NCBI GenBank assembly: GCA_965226215.1
Contig: CBDDCH010000001.1
Location: 666,251-730,250 of the forward strand
Source: Bryobacterales bacterium
Lineage (GTDB): Bacteria > Acidobacteriota > Terriglobia > Bryobacterales > UBA6623
DNA length: 64,000 bases
Direction of reading: 5' to 3'
A model generated the notes under the pieces. It searched no databases and was not told where the DNA came from. It was given only the letters and a program-made list of their open reading frames with translations. A program made the translations under genes and the position numbers. Positions 47,977 to 60,207 of the stretch are shown piece after piece; position 1 is the first letter of the stretch; each line of letters starts with the position of its first letter.

Positions 47977-49164
47977 ATGAGTATCTTTGACGACGAGCCG
48001 TTCTATCGCATCGGCAAACTGCCGCCCTACGTTTTTGCCGTCATCAACGAAATGAGGGCCAAGGCTCGTGCCGCTCAGCTCGACGTCATCGACTTAGGGA
48101 TGGGAAACCCCGACGGCGCCACTCCTCGCGTTGTAGTCCAGAAGATGGCGGAGGCGGCTCGGCTGAAGCGCAACCACCGCTATTCGCTTTCGCGCGGCAT
48201 CCCGCGGCTCCGCGAGGCAATCACCAAGCGCTACAAAGCCAACTACGACGTGGATCTCGATCCGGAGACCGAGGCGATCGTTACGATGGGCGCCAAAGAC
48301 GCCCTGGCGCACCTCGCCTTTGCCGCGCTGGGACCGGGCGATCCTGTCGTCGTGCCAGACCCGTCTTACCCCATCCACCAGTGGGGTGTCGTGATGGCCG
48401 AGGGTCACAAGTGCGCCTTGCCCATGTCCACCGCCGCCGAGTTCCTCAACCGTCTCGAGGATCTCTATCGCAAGTCAAACCGGCCGCCCAAGATGATTCT
48501 CGTGTCGTTTCCGCACAACCCGACAACAATCTGTGTCGAGCGGCCCTTCTTTGAACGGCTCATCGAATTGGCTCACCAGCACGGGACCATGATCGTCCAC
48601 GATTTTGCGTACGCCGATCTTTGCTTCGACGGCTATCGCGCCCCGAGCATTTTGCAGGTCCCCGGTGCGAAAGAAGTCGCCGTAGAAATCTTCTCGATGT
48701 CGAAAAGCTACAACATGGCCGGCTGGCGAGTTGGTTTTTGTCTCGGGAATCCCAAGATGATTAACGCCCTGAGCCGCATCAAAAGCTACCTCGACTACGG
48801 TGTTTTTCAGCCTCTCCAGATCGCCGCTGTCATTGCCCTCAGGGAGTGCGAAGAAGAAACCAAAAAGATCCGCGACGTCTATCAGAAGCGCCGAGATGTA
48901 TTGGTGGCCGGTTTGCACCGCGCCGGCTGGATGGTCGAGCCGCCAAAGGCGACTATGTTCGTATGGGGAAAGATTCCCGAGAAGTTCCAATCGGCTGGCT
49001 CACTCGAGTTTTCCAAAATAATGCTGCAAAAAGCTCTCGTAGCCGTCTCCCCCGGAGTCGGCTTTGGCCCGCAAGGCGAAGGTCACGTCCGCTTCGCCAT
49101 GGTCGAAAACGAACACCGCACCCGCCAAGCGACAAGGGGAATCAAGAAATTTCTGAACGGCTGA
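47977..49164 (+). CDS. class I/II PLP-dependent aminotransferase (alanine/aspartate aminotransferase-like)
   Basis: 395 aa. DVIDLGMGNPDGATP, and the PLP-lysine block FSMSKSYNMAGWRVG. Confidence 0.85.
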   Translation: MSIFDDEPFYRIGKLPPYVFAVINEMRAKARAAQLDVIDLGMGNPDGATPRVVVQKMAEAARLKRNHRYSLSRGIPRLREAITKRYKANYDVDLDPETEAIVTMGAKDALAHLAFAALGPGDPVVVPDPSYPIHQWGVVMAEGHKCALPMSTAAEFLNRLEDLYRKSNRPPKMILVSFPHNPTTICVERPFFERLIELAHQHGTMIVHDFAYADLCFDGYRAPSILQVPGAKEVAVEIFSMSKSYNMAGWRVGFCLGNPKMINALSRIKSYLDYGVFQPLQIAAVIALRECEEETKKIRDVYQKRRDVLVAGLHRAGWMVEPPKATMFVWGKIPEKFQSAGSLEFSKIMLQKALVAVSPGVGFGPQGEGHVRFAMVENEHRTRQATRGIKKFLNG

Positions 49165-49188
49165 CCGATTATCCGCTAGGAGCCAATT

Positions 49189-49776
49189 GTGGCCACCAAA
49201 CCGGTAACACACATGGACCGTATAATCACCAAAGAGTCGGACCCCATCACTCTCGAGATCCCCAGTTGCAACAAGGGAATCGGAGCCGTGATCGCCTCCG
49301 CCGACTCCGACCAACTAATCGCGGGAGTCCAGGTTAGACCTCATTCCGTGTGGGCGGACGATCGAGGTTACTTCCTCGAAATCCTGCGCATGGGACAAGG
49401 TTTGTCCGCTGAGTTTCCCGCCCAAACGACCCAAGTTTCCGCCGCGCTGAGCTATCCCGGAACCATCAAGGCCTTCCACTACCATCTGCACCAAACCGAC
49501 CTGTGGGCGCCGGCCCACGGCATGTTCCAGGTTGCGCTCGTTGACCTCCGAACCGCTTCGAAGAGCTTCGGCCGCCGCAACACTCTCTATGTGGGGACGC
49601 TGCGTCCCTGGCAAATCTTGATCCCGCCGGGAGTGGGTCACGGCTACAAAGTAATCGGAACCCAGCCCGGAATGCTGATCTACGTCACCGACCGCTTCTA
49701 CAACCCCAAAGACGAGGGTCGCATCGCCTACGACGAACCCGGCATCGCCTACGACTGGGAGACCCAGCACAAATGA
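49189..49776 (+). CDS. dTDP-4-dehydrorhamnose 3,5-epimerase-like cupin
   Basis: 195 aa. DDRGYFLEILR, AFHYHLHQTDLW and GVGHGY blocks typical of the RmlC fold. Overlaps rfbB by 4 bp. Confidence 0.7.
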   Translation: MATKPVTHMDRIITKESDPITLEIPSCNKGIGAVIASADSDQLIAGVQVRPHSVWADDRGYFLEILRMGQGLSAEFPAQTTQVSAALSYPGTIKAFHYHLHQTDLWAPAHGMFQVALVDLRTASKSFGRRNTLYVGTLRPWQILIPPGVGHGYKVIGTQPGMLIYVTDRFYNPKDEGRIAYDEPGIAYDWETQHK

Positions 49777-50810
49777 GGCTGTTTGTTACCGGGGGTGCCG
49801 GATTCATCGGCTCGGCGTACGTTCGGCTAACGCTCAAAACCACTCCCGGCGCCGAAATCCTCAACTTCGACGCTCTTACCTACGCGGGAAACCTCGAGAA
49901 TCTGGCGACGATCGCGGAAAACCCCAGGTACCGTTTCGTCCGAGGGAACGTCTGTGACGTAAAAAAAATCGACGAAACAATCAGCGAGTTCCGCCCCGAC
50001 ACGATCGTTCACTTTGCCGCCGAGTCCCACGTGGACCGCAGTATCCTTTCGCCCAAGCCGGTAGTCGATACGAACCTCATCGGGACATTCAACCTTTTGG
50101 AGGCGGCGCGGGCGCATGGAATCGAACGCTTTCTCCAAATCTCGACGGACGAAGTCTACGGCAGCATTGACGCACCAGCGTACGCCGACGAGGTGTACCC
50201 TCTGCGGCCGAGCAGTCCCTACTCCGCGTCCAAGGCAGGCGCCGACTTGCTGGCCTTGTCCTACTTCACCACCTACCGGCTGCCGGTCATGGTTACACGA
50301 GCGTCCAACAATTACGGGCCATACCAGTTTCCCGAGAAACTCATTCCGCTGATGATCGCGAACACTCTCGAAGACCTTTCGCTACCGATTTACGGGGATG
50401 GCATGCAAGTGCGTGACTGGCTGCACGTCGAGGACCACTGCCGCGCTACCAACGCGGTGCTAGAAAAAGGACGACCGGGCGAGATCTACAACATCGGAGG
50501 CAGCCGCGCACTGCCGAATCTCGAAGTCGTCCGCAAGATCCTAGAAGCGACCGGCAAACCCGAAAGCCTCATGCAGCGCGTCGAGGACCGTCCCGGGCAC
50601 GATCGCCGTTACGCCATCACGAGCGAGAGGCTCATGAAAGAAACCGGTTGGGGACCCCAAGTCGAGTTTGAAAAAGGCCTCGCCGAAACCGTCGAGTGGT
50701 ACAAAGCCCACGGCGAATGGGTCGAGCGCGTTCGCTCCGGCGAATATCAGACCTACTACGAACGCAACTACGACCGCCGCGAGGCCGAAATCCGCCGCCT
50801 GGTGAAGTAG
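49773..50810 (+). CDS. rfbB: dTDP-glucose 4,6-dehydratase
   Basis: 345 aa. TGGAGFIGS Rossmann motif, catalytic YSASKA, HVDRS. Confidence 0.9.
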   Translation: MRLFVTGGAGFIGSAYVRLTLKTTPGAEILNFDALTYAGNLENLATIAENPRYRFVRGNVCDVKKIDETISEFRPDTIVHFAAESHVDRSILSPKPVVDTNLIGTFNLLEAARAHGIERFLQISTDEVYGSIDAPAYADEVYPLRPSSPYSASKAGADLLALSYFTTYRLPVMVTRASNNYGPYQFPEKLIPLMIANTLEDLSLPIYGDGMQVRDWLHVEDHCRATNAVLEKGRPGEIYNIGGSRALPNLEVVRKILEATGKPESLMQRVEDRPGHDRRYAITSERLMKETGWGPQVEFEKGLAETVEWYKAHGEWVERVRSGEYQTYYERNYDRREAEIRRLVK

Positions 50811-51374
50811 GCAGCCCGCACCAACGCCCCTGCCTCCGGTGGGACAAGCGCTCTAACCTCCCGGCGTGCTGGAGTGAAGCCCAAAAATGAGACAGTCATG
50901 GTGGCGACACTGTAGCAGGGAAGGGAACTGCGAGTGGCCAAGAGACGAGGGAACAAGTTTCCCCAGGAAGACCGGAAGATGGCCCGGGAGCGGCGGCAAA
51001 ACTGCCCGAGTGTGACCGGGCTATCGAAGGAACTGGGGATTCACGGCGGGCTTCGCTCCATTCGGAGCGCTTCCGTTCGCTCATCCTAATCTGGCGCACC
51101 GGCGTTGCGGAATCGACGAAAAGTGGAAATCCTATGTACTATAACTCAGCTCCTTTTCGAACTCCATTGTACAGATTCTCCTTCTGTTCTGGTGACATCA
51201 CAGACAATGTCATGGCTTCTTCCGTCATTCCCTTACTTTTATCGGGTAGCCTGTGGATAAAGAGAGCTATTACGGATTTGGCGATAGCCCCACTGCACCT
51301 GCGGCTACCGAGTGGGTGTGGGCATCCCGGTCAAGCACCCGGCCTGTCACTGATTTGAAGTTAGAGTAGGACGG

Positions 51375-51556
51375 GTGCTGCAGATCATCGACCGTAACCG
51401 TGACGTTTTCGACGCCGTCGTAGTCGGCTCGGAGGCCACGGGCGGCTTCGCTGCCAAGCAGTTGACTGAAGCCGGCATGCGCGTCGCCGTGCTGGAAGCC
51501 GGCAAGAAGATTACCCCGGCCGACTTTACCGGTAGCGACCGCCACTCTTGGCGGTC
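51375..51556 (+). pseudogene. N-terminal fragment of a GMC-family FAD oxidoreductase
   Basis: FDAVVVGSEATGGFAAKQLTEAGMRVAVLEAGK (dinucleotide-binding fold, with the second Gly replaced by Glu). The ORF is terminated by the CTAG end of the adjacent palindromic element. No continuation is found beyond the IS. Confidence 0.6.
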
Positions 51557-51721
51557 CTAGCTACTTTTCGGCGCAAAATACGCGTAGCGCTCGGGGCGGG
51601 GACTGTCACCAATTTCGCGCCTTCAAAGAATCAACAATTTACGGGCGCATTCGGACGCGAAATTGGCTGACTGTCCCCAGCCACCACGCAGTTTCTCCTT
51701 TTTGCGCCGGAAAGTAGCTAG
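51557..51721. repeat. 165-bp nested palindromic (MITE-like) element
   Basis: Outer IR CTAGCTACTTTTCGGCGCAAAA (51557-51578) / TTTTGCGCCGGAAAGTAGCTAG (51700-51721). Inner IR GGGGACTGTCACCAATTTCGCG (51598-51619) / CGCGAAATTGGCTGACTGTCCCC (51656-51678). Confidence 0.6.
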
Positions 51722-53442
51722 CCTGCATATTTCACCAGGGGGTAGGAAAAGGGCTGCCGGTTGTGGCATAAAACGTTTATGGACAAAACGTTAGCGCCAC
51801 AGAAGACCAGCAGCCCTCCGGTAACAGAGTGTAGCCAATCGAGCTTGTCGTTTGCCAGGCACTTTCGCCGCCAGGTGAGCGCCCAGTTTGACGGCGGGGT
51901 GATCAGCTCCGACGGCGGCGCGCTGCTGTTGCGCGAGGTCGACCGGCGCATCAACCTGCTGCCGCGGGTGGCCGCCTGCTTCGAAGACCGGCGCGATCCC
52001 CAGCTGATCGAGCACCAGGTCGGGGAGCTGGTCTCGCAGCGGGTCTACGCGCTGGCGCTGAGCTATGAGGATCTCAACGATCACGACGAGTTGCGCTCCG
52101 ATCCTGTGCTGGCGCTGCTGGCCGGCAAGAGCGACTTGGAAGGGCAGAAGCGCAAGCAAGAGCGTGATCGCGGCAAGCCGTTGGCCGGCAAGTCGACGCT
52201 GCACCGGCTGGAACGCACGACCGACGGCGTGGACCGCTACAAGAAGATCCGCTGTGACAGCGAAGCGATCGACCGCCTGCTGGTGGACGTGTTTGTGGAA
52301 GCGCACCCCGAGCCGCCCGAGGAGATCATTCTCGATATCGACGTCACCGATACGCCCTTGCACGGGCAGCAGGAGGGGCGTTTCTTTCACGGTTACTACA
52401 GACACTATTGCTATCTGCCGCTGTACATTTTTTGCGGCCAGCACCTGTTGTGTGCCCGGCAGCGGGTGTCGAATCAAGACGCGGCGGCGGGCAGCGTCGA
52501 GGAGCTGGAGCGGATCGTGGCGCAGATCCGGGAAGCCTGGCCGGAGGTGCGCATCATCGTGCGCGGTGATTCCGGGTTTTGTCGCGACGAGTTGATGAGC
52601 TGGTGCGAGGAGAACGGGGTGGATTACGTGCTGGGGCTGGCGCGCAACGAACGCTTGCGGGAAATGATTGCTGAGCAGATGGGGGCGGCCGCCGAGCGGC
52701 AACAGCGGACGGGGAAGCCGGCGCGGGTGTTTACGGAGTTCGAGTATCAGACGCGGCGGAGTTGGAGCCGGGCGCGGCGGGTGGTGGCCAAAGCCGAACA
52801 GCTTGCGGGCAAGGAGAATCCGCGCTATGTGGTGACCTCGCTGGATGCCGAGAGCCGGCCGGCGCAGCAGCTGTACGAGCAACTCTACTGTGGGCGCGGG
52901 GAGGCGGAGAATCGCATCAAGGAGCAGTTGAGTCTGTTCAGCGATCGCATGAGCACGGAGACGCTGCGGGCCAATCAGCTGCGGCTGTATCTATCGTCGC
53001 TGGCCTATGTGTTGATGGCGGCGCTCAGGCGGCTGGGGCTGCAGGGCACGGTGTGGGCGCGGGCGCAGACGGAGACGATCCGGCGGGGGTTGTTGAAGAT
53101 CGGCGCGCAGGTGAAGGTGAGCGTGCGGCGGGTGTATCTGTCGCTGGCCGGCGGCTACCCCTATGAGCAGGCGTTCTGGGCGGTGTATCGGGCCCTGCGT
53201 CCGCCGGGATTAGCAACTGTTTGATAACACGGAGCGAAACAAAAAACGGCGGCCCAGGAAGCCGAATGGCTAAGTGTTTCTAAAATCGGGAACAACCCGA
53301 AAAACGGACTTTCGCGGACCACTGTCGGCGGTGTGGAGCGCCCCGCCGAGGCCCTCGCCCCCCTGGCCAGGGTTGATTCCGACCTTCCGCCCCTATTTCG
53401 GCTCCCTCAACCCTTCGCAAAGCCACTGGTGAGAAATGCGGG
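51722..53442 (+). mobile_element. IS1380-family insertion sequence (1721 bp)
   Basis: IR-L CCTGCATATTTCACCAGGGG against the reverse complement of 53423-53442 (CCCGCATTTCTCACCAGTGG) matches at 16/20. Flanks are CTAG / TTAG. A single long transposase ORF. Confidence 0.8.
51779..53224 (+). CDS. IS1380-family transposase
   Basis: The track ORF starts at TTG 51761, but ATG 51779 (MDKTLAPQ) is more likely. Family-typical SSDGGALLLREVD, YEDLNDHDELR, IVRGDSGF and LRLYLSSLAY blocks. Confidence 0.9.
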   Translation: MDKTLAPQKTSSPPVTECSQSSLSFARHFRRQVSAQFDGGVISSDGGALLLREVDRRINLLPRVAACFEDRRDPQLIEHQVGELVSQRVYALALSYEDLNDHDELRSDPVLALLAGKSDLEGQKRKQERDRGKPLAGKSTLHRLERTTDGVDRYKKIRCDSEAIDRLLVDVFVEAHPEPPEEIILDIDVTDTPLHGQQEGRFFHGYYRHYCYLPLYIFCGQHLLCARQRVSNQDAAAGSVEELERIVAQIREAWPEVRIIVRGDSGFCRDELMSWCEENGVDYVLGLARNERLREMIAEQMGAAAERQQRTGKPARVFTEFEYQTRRSWSRARRVVAKAEQLAGKENPRYVVTSLDAESRPAQQLYEQLYCGRGEAENRIKEQLSLFSDRMSTETLRANQLRLYLSSLAYVLMAALRRLGLQGTVWARAQTETIRRGLLKIGAQVKVSVRRVYLSLAGGYPYEQAFWAVYRALRPPGLATV

Positions 53443-53575
53443 TTAGCTCACTCCCCCCGGATGACGAGCCTCCTCATTTCATCTCGGTCGGGTTCTTCCA
53501 AAAACAACTACTCCTTCTGGGCTTGAGAGAGGGTTTGGGTGCGGGAACGGTCAGCCGTCCCCCGTTGGTGAAGAC

Positions 53576-53965
53576 CTAGAGCAGCACCGAGTCGATGGGT
53601 TGCATTACCGGGGGTTCGGCGGTGGCGGGCTGGCGGTTCTCCAGATAGTCGAGCAGCTGCGCGGGGGAGTCTTCGAAGAAATCGTGCACCAACCGGTCGA
53701 GGGCGACGTCGAGGGCGTCATCGCGCGTAAGCACGGGTGAGTAGACGTAGCTGCGTCCTCGTTTTTCTCGCTGCACGGCCCCCTTCTTGGCCAGCCGATC
53801 GAGGAGCGTCAGGACGGTCGTATAGGCAAGTGGCCGCGTCATCCTCATGTGGGTTTGTGTCTGGCCAACCGTGGCGTTCTCTATCTCCCACAGCGACTTC
53901 ATGACCTCGAGCTCCAATGGCGGCAGCCGTCGCCGCGGCGCGGGTTCGGGAACGGTTGAAGTCAT
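53576..53965 (-). CDS. BlaI/MecI/CopY-family transcriptional repressor
   Basis: 129 aa. Winged-helix LELEVMKSLWEIENATVGQ...AYTTVLTLLDRLAKKGAVQREKRGRSYVYSP. Confidence 0.85.
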   Translation of the reverse strand: MTSTVPEPAPRRRLPPLELEVMKSLWEIENATVGQTQTHMRMTRPLAYTTVLTLLDRLAKKGAVQREKRGRSYVYSPVLTRDDALDVALDRLVHDFFEDSPAQLLDYLENRQPATAEPPVMQPIDSVLL

Positions 53966-55089
53966 CGGTCTTCTCTCCCTCTTGCGGTCGATCCGAGGTT
54001 CTCGTTGAAAAGATCACCGGGCGTGTCTTGCTGAGCCTCGGATGCTGCCGGCCGGCGACTGCCGGAGGATGGCCCGGTTTCGGATGACTCCTCCGCGGGC
54101 CGATTCTCTCTTGGGCCGTCCGAGCCGGCGAGAAACTTTTCCTTGTTGAGCACGAAACGTTGGAGCGAGCGGCTGTAGGCCGTCCAGTCACCATCTTCCA
54201 GCGGGGCCTCGGCGAGCGCGGCTCGCATACTGTGCAGCTTAGAATCGAGATCGTCGAGATAATGGAGCGCCAGGGCTTCGGGAAACGAAGGCAGCTTGGG
54301 AGACCCGAACTCGTATTTGCCGTGGTGGCTGAGGATCATATGCTCCACCAACACTTTCCACTTTGTGGGGAAGTCCTCGATCGCATTGCACTTGCGATCT
54401 AACATCCGAAGCACGATCGTGATGTGGCCCAACAACCGTCCTTCGTCCGTGTACTCAAACGTCCGCTGAGCGTCGAGTTCATAGATCTTCCCCAGATCAT
54501 GAAGCACTATGCCCGCTGTCAGCAGGTCTTGATCGATAAACTCGTAGTGGCCGGCAACCCCACTCGCCAACTCGAGCAAGGAGATGATGTGTTCCAGCAG
54601 CCCACCGATAAAAGCGTGGTGAAGCGACTTGGCCGCCGGAGCCGTCTTCAGCCGCGCCGCGATTTCTCCGTCATCAAGAAACGCCTGCAATAGGCGCTTT
54701 AGGTGGAGGTTTTGCATCTCGTCGACGGTGGCCAGCAGCCGGCTGAACATCTCGTCGACGTTCTTCTCGGTGTGGGGAATGTAGTCGGCCAGGCGGACCT
54801 CGGATTCGTCGGCCCGGCGAAGCCGCTGAACCGTGATTTGCGGCCGCTGACGGTAAACCTGCGTCAGGCCCTGCACCTTGACGAAGTCAGAGCTGTCGAA
54901 AGTGCCGACGACTTCCTCGATCCCTTCCCACATCTTGGCCTCGAGGCGACCGGTACGGTCCGACAGGACCATTGACAGATAGGATTCGCCGTCCTTTTTT
55001 AGACGAACATCCTTCGACTGAACAAGGAAGTAATCGGTGATTGTCTCACTGGGCCGCAGGTCGCGGACGTATCGGGTTTTCTCGGCCAT
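53962..55089 (-). CDS. OB-fold + HD-domain phosphohydrolase (YhaM-like 3'-5' exoribonuclease family)
   Basis: Starts at ATG 55089 (MAEKTRYVRDL). OB fold (YFLVQSKDVRLKKDGESYLSMVLSDRTGRLEAKMW). HD motifs (HHAFIGGLLEH, VLHDLGK). The stop overlaps the blaI ATG as ATGA. Confidence 0.7.
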   Translation of the reverse strand: MAEKTRYVRDLRPSETITDYFLVQSKDVRLKKDGESYLSMVLSDRTGRLEAKMWEGIEEVVGTFDSSDFVKVQGLTQVYRQRPQITVQRLRRADESEVRLADYIPHTEKNVDEMFSRLLATVDEMQNLHLKRLLQAFLDDGEIAARLKTAPAAKSLHHAFIGGLLEHIISLLELASGVAGHYEFIDQDLLTAGIVLHDLGKIYELDAQRTFEYTDEGRLLGHITIVLRMLDRKCNAIEDFPTKWKVLVEHMILSHHGKYEFGSPKLPSFPEALALHYLDDLDSKLHSMRAALAEAPLEDGDWTAYSRSLQRFVLNKEKFLAGSDGPRENRPAEESSETGPSSGSRRPAASEAQQDTPGDLFNENLGSTARGREDR

Positions 55090-55126
55090 CGTTGAGGGAG
55101 CCAAGGGTGCCTGGGTTGGCGCTCGT

Positions 55127-56305
55127 TTATTCGCTGTCTTTGCCTTGATTCTTGTCTTTATCCTTATCCTTCTTGTTCTTGCCGCCACCAGGCAAGGGGA
55201 TCACCCAGAGCAGGCGCCGCTTCTTTTTCTTGGCCAGCACCTCTTCGCGAGTGGTAGTGATCGGCGCCAGCTTGGAGGGGTCGCTCCAAGAGGTGTCTTT
55301 ACCGGGCACGGCGGCCGTGTCGATGTATCCCGGGCGGATTTCTATATAGGCATCTGTTCGCAGCTTGCTCAGGTACTCCCGAAACGCGGGCTGGAATTTC
55401 GGCCCCGACAATCGGTTGCGGATTTCATCCCGAACCTCCTCCAGAGTGGCTAGGCCCTCGCGGTGTTTCTCAAACACCTTCAGGATCAGGTAGCCGTTGG
55501 GGACCTCAATCAAGTCCGTTATGTGGCCCCTGGGTTTATCGAACACTAAGTCCTCGATATTTTTCCGAAGCTGTCCCCGGCGCCAGATGCCTATGTCTCC
55601 TCCTTGCTCCGAGTTTTGTTTGTTGTCGGAGACGCGGCGGGCGATCTCGGCAAAAGGCTCTCCTTTGAGCAGCCGCTTGCGCGTCTCCTTTGCTTTCTTC
55701 TCGGCGGCCGCCAGTTCCTCACCGGTCTTGTCCTCGGTGGAGATGACGATCTCCGCCAGGTGTAGACCTTCCGTGCGCATGAACTCCTGTTTGTGCTCTT
55801 CGTAGTAAGCTTCAATCTCGTCTCTGGGTATGATGATCCGGGAGCCGACCTCCTGGCCGACAATGGCTTGCGTCAGGAAGTGGCTGCGGATTTGGTCCAG
55901 CGCGTCCTCGGCGGTCATGCCGGTCTGTTCCACGACCCAGACCTCGAACTCCTCGATCGTCTTAAGGTTGTTGGCCTTCATCATCCGGTCCCGCTGGCGG
56001 AGCACCTGTGCCTCGACGCTGACGCCGAACTCCTTGGCCTTTTGGATCAGGAGTCGGTGGTCGATTTGATCACGCAGGGCGTTTTTTTCAGCCTCTTCGA
56101 GGAACTTTTGACGCTGCTCATCGCTGAGATCCTGCCGCCGCGCAACCTCGCCACGCGCGTCCTGAAGGCCCTTCTCGTATTCCGATCGCATAACGATGTC
56201 GCCATTGATCTTGGCGATGATCTCTTCCACAATGACGACATTCGCGACGATGGACGACGAAAACCCAAGCAAAACTGACACAGCTACAAAAGTTTTGATC
56301 TTCAC
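55127..56305 (-). CDS. SurA/PrsA-like parvulin-type peptidyl-prolyl isomerase
   Basis: GTG 56305 gives the signal peptide VKIKTFVAVSVLLGFSS. SurA-N-like helices and a PpiC domain (HLAEIVIS...GGDIGIWRRGQL...GYLILKV). Lys/Asp-rich C-terminal tail. Confidence 0.8.
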   Translation of the reverse strand: MKIKTFVAVSVLLGFSSSIVANVVIVEEIIAKINGDIVMRSEYEKGLQDARGEVARRQDLSDEQRQKFLEEAEKNALRDQIDHRLLIQKAKEFGVSVEAQVLRQRDRMMKANNLKTIEEFEVWVVEQTGMTAEDALDQIRSHFLTQAIVGQEVGSRIIIPRDEIEAYYEEHKQEFMRTEGLHLAEIVISTEDKTGEELAAAEKKAKETRKRLLKGEPFAEIARRVSDNKQNSEQGGDIGIWRRGQLRKNIEDLVFDKPRGHITDLIEVPNGYLILKVFEKHREGLATLEEVRDEIRNRLSGPKFQPAFREYLSKLRTDAYIEIRPGYIDTAAVPGKDTSWSDPSKLAPITTTREEVLAKKKKRRLLWVIPLPGGGKNKKDKDKDKNQGKDSE

Positions 56306-56495
56306 GGTTCGCTCTTCCGAAAAGCGCCCTGCAGCGGAACAATCGCCTCCCGCCCAGAGCGGCAAGTAGGGTTTCTAATCTCTAGATTACTATTTTCGCA
56401 CTAATCAGCTATTGGGTTGCAGTCATCAGGGAGGCTCATCACACCGGTAAAGACGGCCACGGGTAAGGGATTGGTCGGCCCCAAAAGACCTTTGC

Positions 56496-56582
56496 GGGCA
56501 CGGCATGCCGTGCCCCTACGTTTCCAGGCAACCAACAGATCTAGGCTGGCCGGCAGATCGGTAGGGGCATAGCATGCTCTAC
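56496..56582. repeat. inverted pair of REP-like GTAG-flanked hairpins (BIME-like)
   Basis: GGGCACGG-catg-CCGTGCCC+CTAC (56496-56519), and GTAG+GGGCATagcATGCtCTAC (56561-56582), 41 bp apart in opposite orientation. Confidence 0.45.
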
Positions 56583-56658
56583 CAAGGGGCGACCAGAGGT
56601 GGCCTCTGCTGCCGCCTGCAATCGCCCGAAACGTGAGCTTATCTCTGGAACGGAGTGT

Positions 56659-59088
<2,430 letters not shown>

Positions 59089-59091
59089 TCA

Positions 59092-60207
59092 TCAAACTCG
59101 CATTGGCATGATAACGTACCGATAGTTATACCCTTCCGGTGGGGGGTTTAGCTGTAACTGTCCAGCGCTCTCGTTGTCCTTAAAGCGGAACTCAATCAAC
59201 TCCGTCTCCGCAATGCCCATAAAGTCCAGTAGATACTGTGAGTTGAAGCCTATCTTTAGTTCCTTCCCCTCATAGCTGATAGCTAGGGACTCTTCGCTCT
59301 CACCTGCTTCTGAGCCACTTGCCTCTAGCCTCAGTTCCCCAGAACCAACTTCGAGGTGAACTGCATGTGAGCGATCATCCGCAAACTGGGCTACGCGCCG
59401 GATCGCCGCTGCCATCTCCTCCCGATTCAGAACCACACTGTTCCCTCCAGCCTCGGGTAAGACCCGCTCATAATCCGGGAACTGACCAGTAAGCTTCCTA
59501 GAAATCAGCAGCCTCTGGCCACACTGAAAGAAAAGATGATTCTCATCTGTGGCAAAGTCAATCCCGGTTGAGCCATCAGCCTCTGAGGCAATCTTCAGTA
59601 CCTCAGCCATAGCCTTTTTTGGTACCAGAGCTTGTACCTCCCCCGTAATCCCCTCAAAGGGGTAATCCGCCTTAATAAAAGACAAGCGGTGCCCGTCCGT
59701 TGCTACCATTGCCAGCGAGTCCTGTTTCAACAACAACAGGGAACCGGTTAGGGTATAGCGCGATTCCTCACTAGCAATTGCAAAAATCGTCTTGCCAATC
59801 ATGTTTAGAAGCAGAGACACAGGTATCTGTGTGATGGGGGCCGGCATCCGCGGTAGCTCTGGAAAGTTATCCCTCGACATGCCAGCCACCCGGGTCCGCG
59901 AGCGCCCACAGACAATACTCACCGAGTGACTCTCATTAACCTGGATCGCTAGTTCCGCATCAGGAAGCAGGCGGACAAAATCCAGTAGCTTTCTAGCAGG
60001 GATCGTCGTGGACCCACCCTTCTTAACGACCGCCGGACAGACACTTCGGACACCCAGCTCCAGATCTGTGACAGTCAAGGTAATGTCACTCTCCCCAGCC
60101 TCAACCAATACATTCGACAGTACCGGGATAGTTATCTTCTTCTCGACAACACCTTGGCCCAGGCTCAACTCCCGGACCAGGTCAGTTTTCTTTACTGTTA
60201 GTTCCAT
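59092..60207 (-). CDS. dnaN: DNA polymerase III beta sliding clamp
   Basis: 371 aa with three-domain clamp architecture, located between dnaA and gyrB. Confidence 0.95.
   Translation of the reverse strand: MELTVKKTDLVRELSLGQGVVEKKITIPVLSNVLVEAGESDITLTVTDLELGVRSVCPAVVKKGGSTTIPARKLLDFVRLLPDAELAIQVNESHSVSIVCGRSRTRVAGMSRDNFPELPRMPAPITQIPVSLLLNMIGKTIFAIASEESRYTLTGSLLLLKQDSLAMVATDGHRLSFIKADYPFEGITGEVQALVPKKAMAEVLKIASEADGSTGIDFATDENHLFFQCGQRLLISRKLTGQFPDYERVLPEAGGNSVVLNREEMAAAIRRVAQFADDRSHAVHLEVGSGELRLEASGSEAGESEESLAISYEGKELKIGFNSQYLLDFMGIAETELIEFRFKDNESAGQLQLNPPPEGYNYRYVIMPMRV

Noticed and set aside
50940-51080. Possible remnant of an IS3-family OrfA HTH (…KFPQEDRKMARERRQNCPSVTGLSKELGIHGGL…)
   Set aside because: Only about 40 codons of weak resemblance, with no flanking IS ends or OrfB. 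Insufficient to call.
55127-55200. Apparent short tandem DNA repeat (aaggataaggataaagacaag...)
   Set aside because: It encodes the Lys/Asp-rich C-terminal tail (KNKKDKDKDKNQGKD) of the PPIase. This is coding low complexity, not a separate repeat element.
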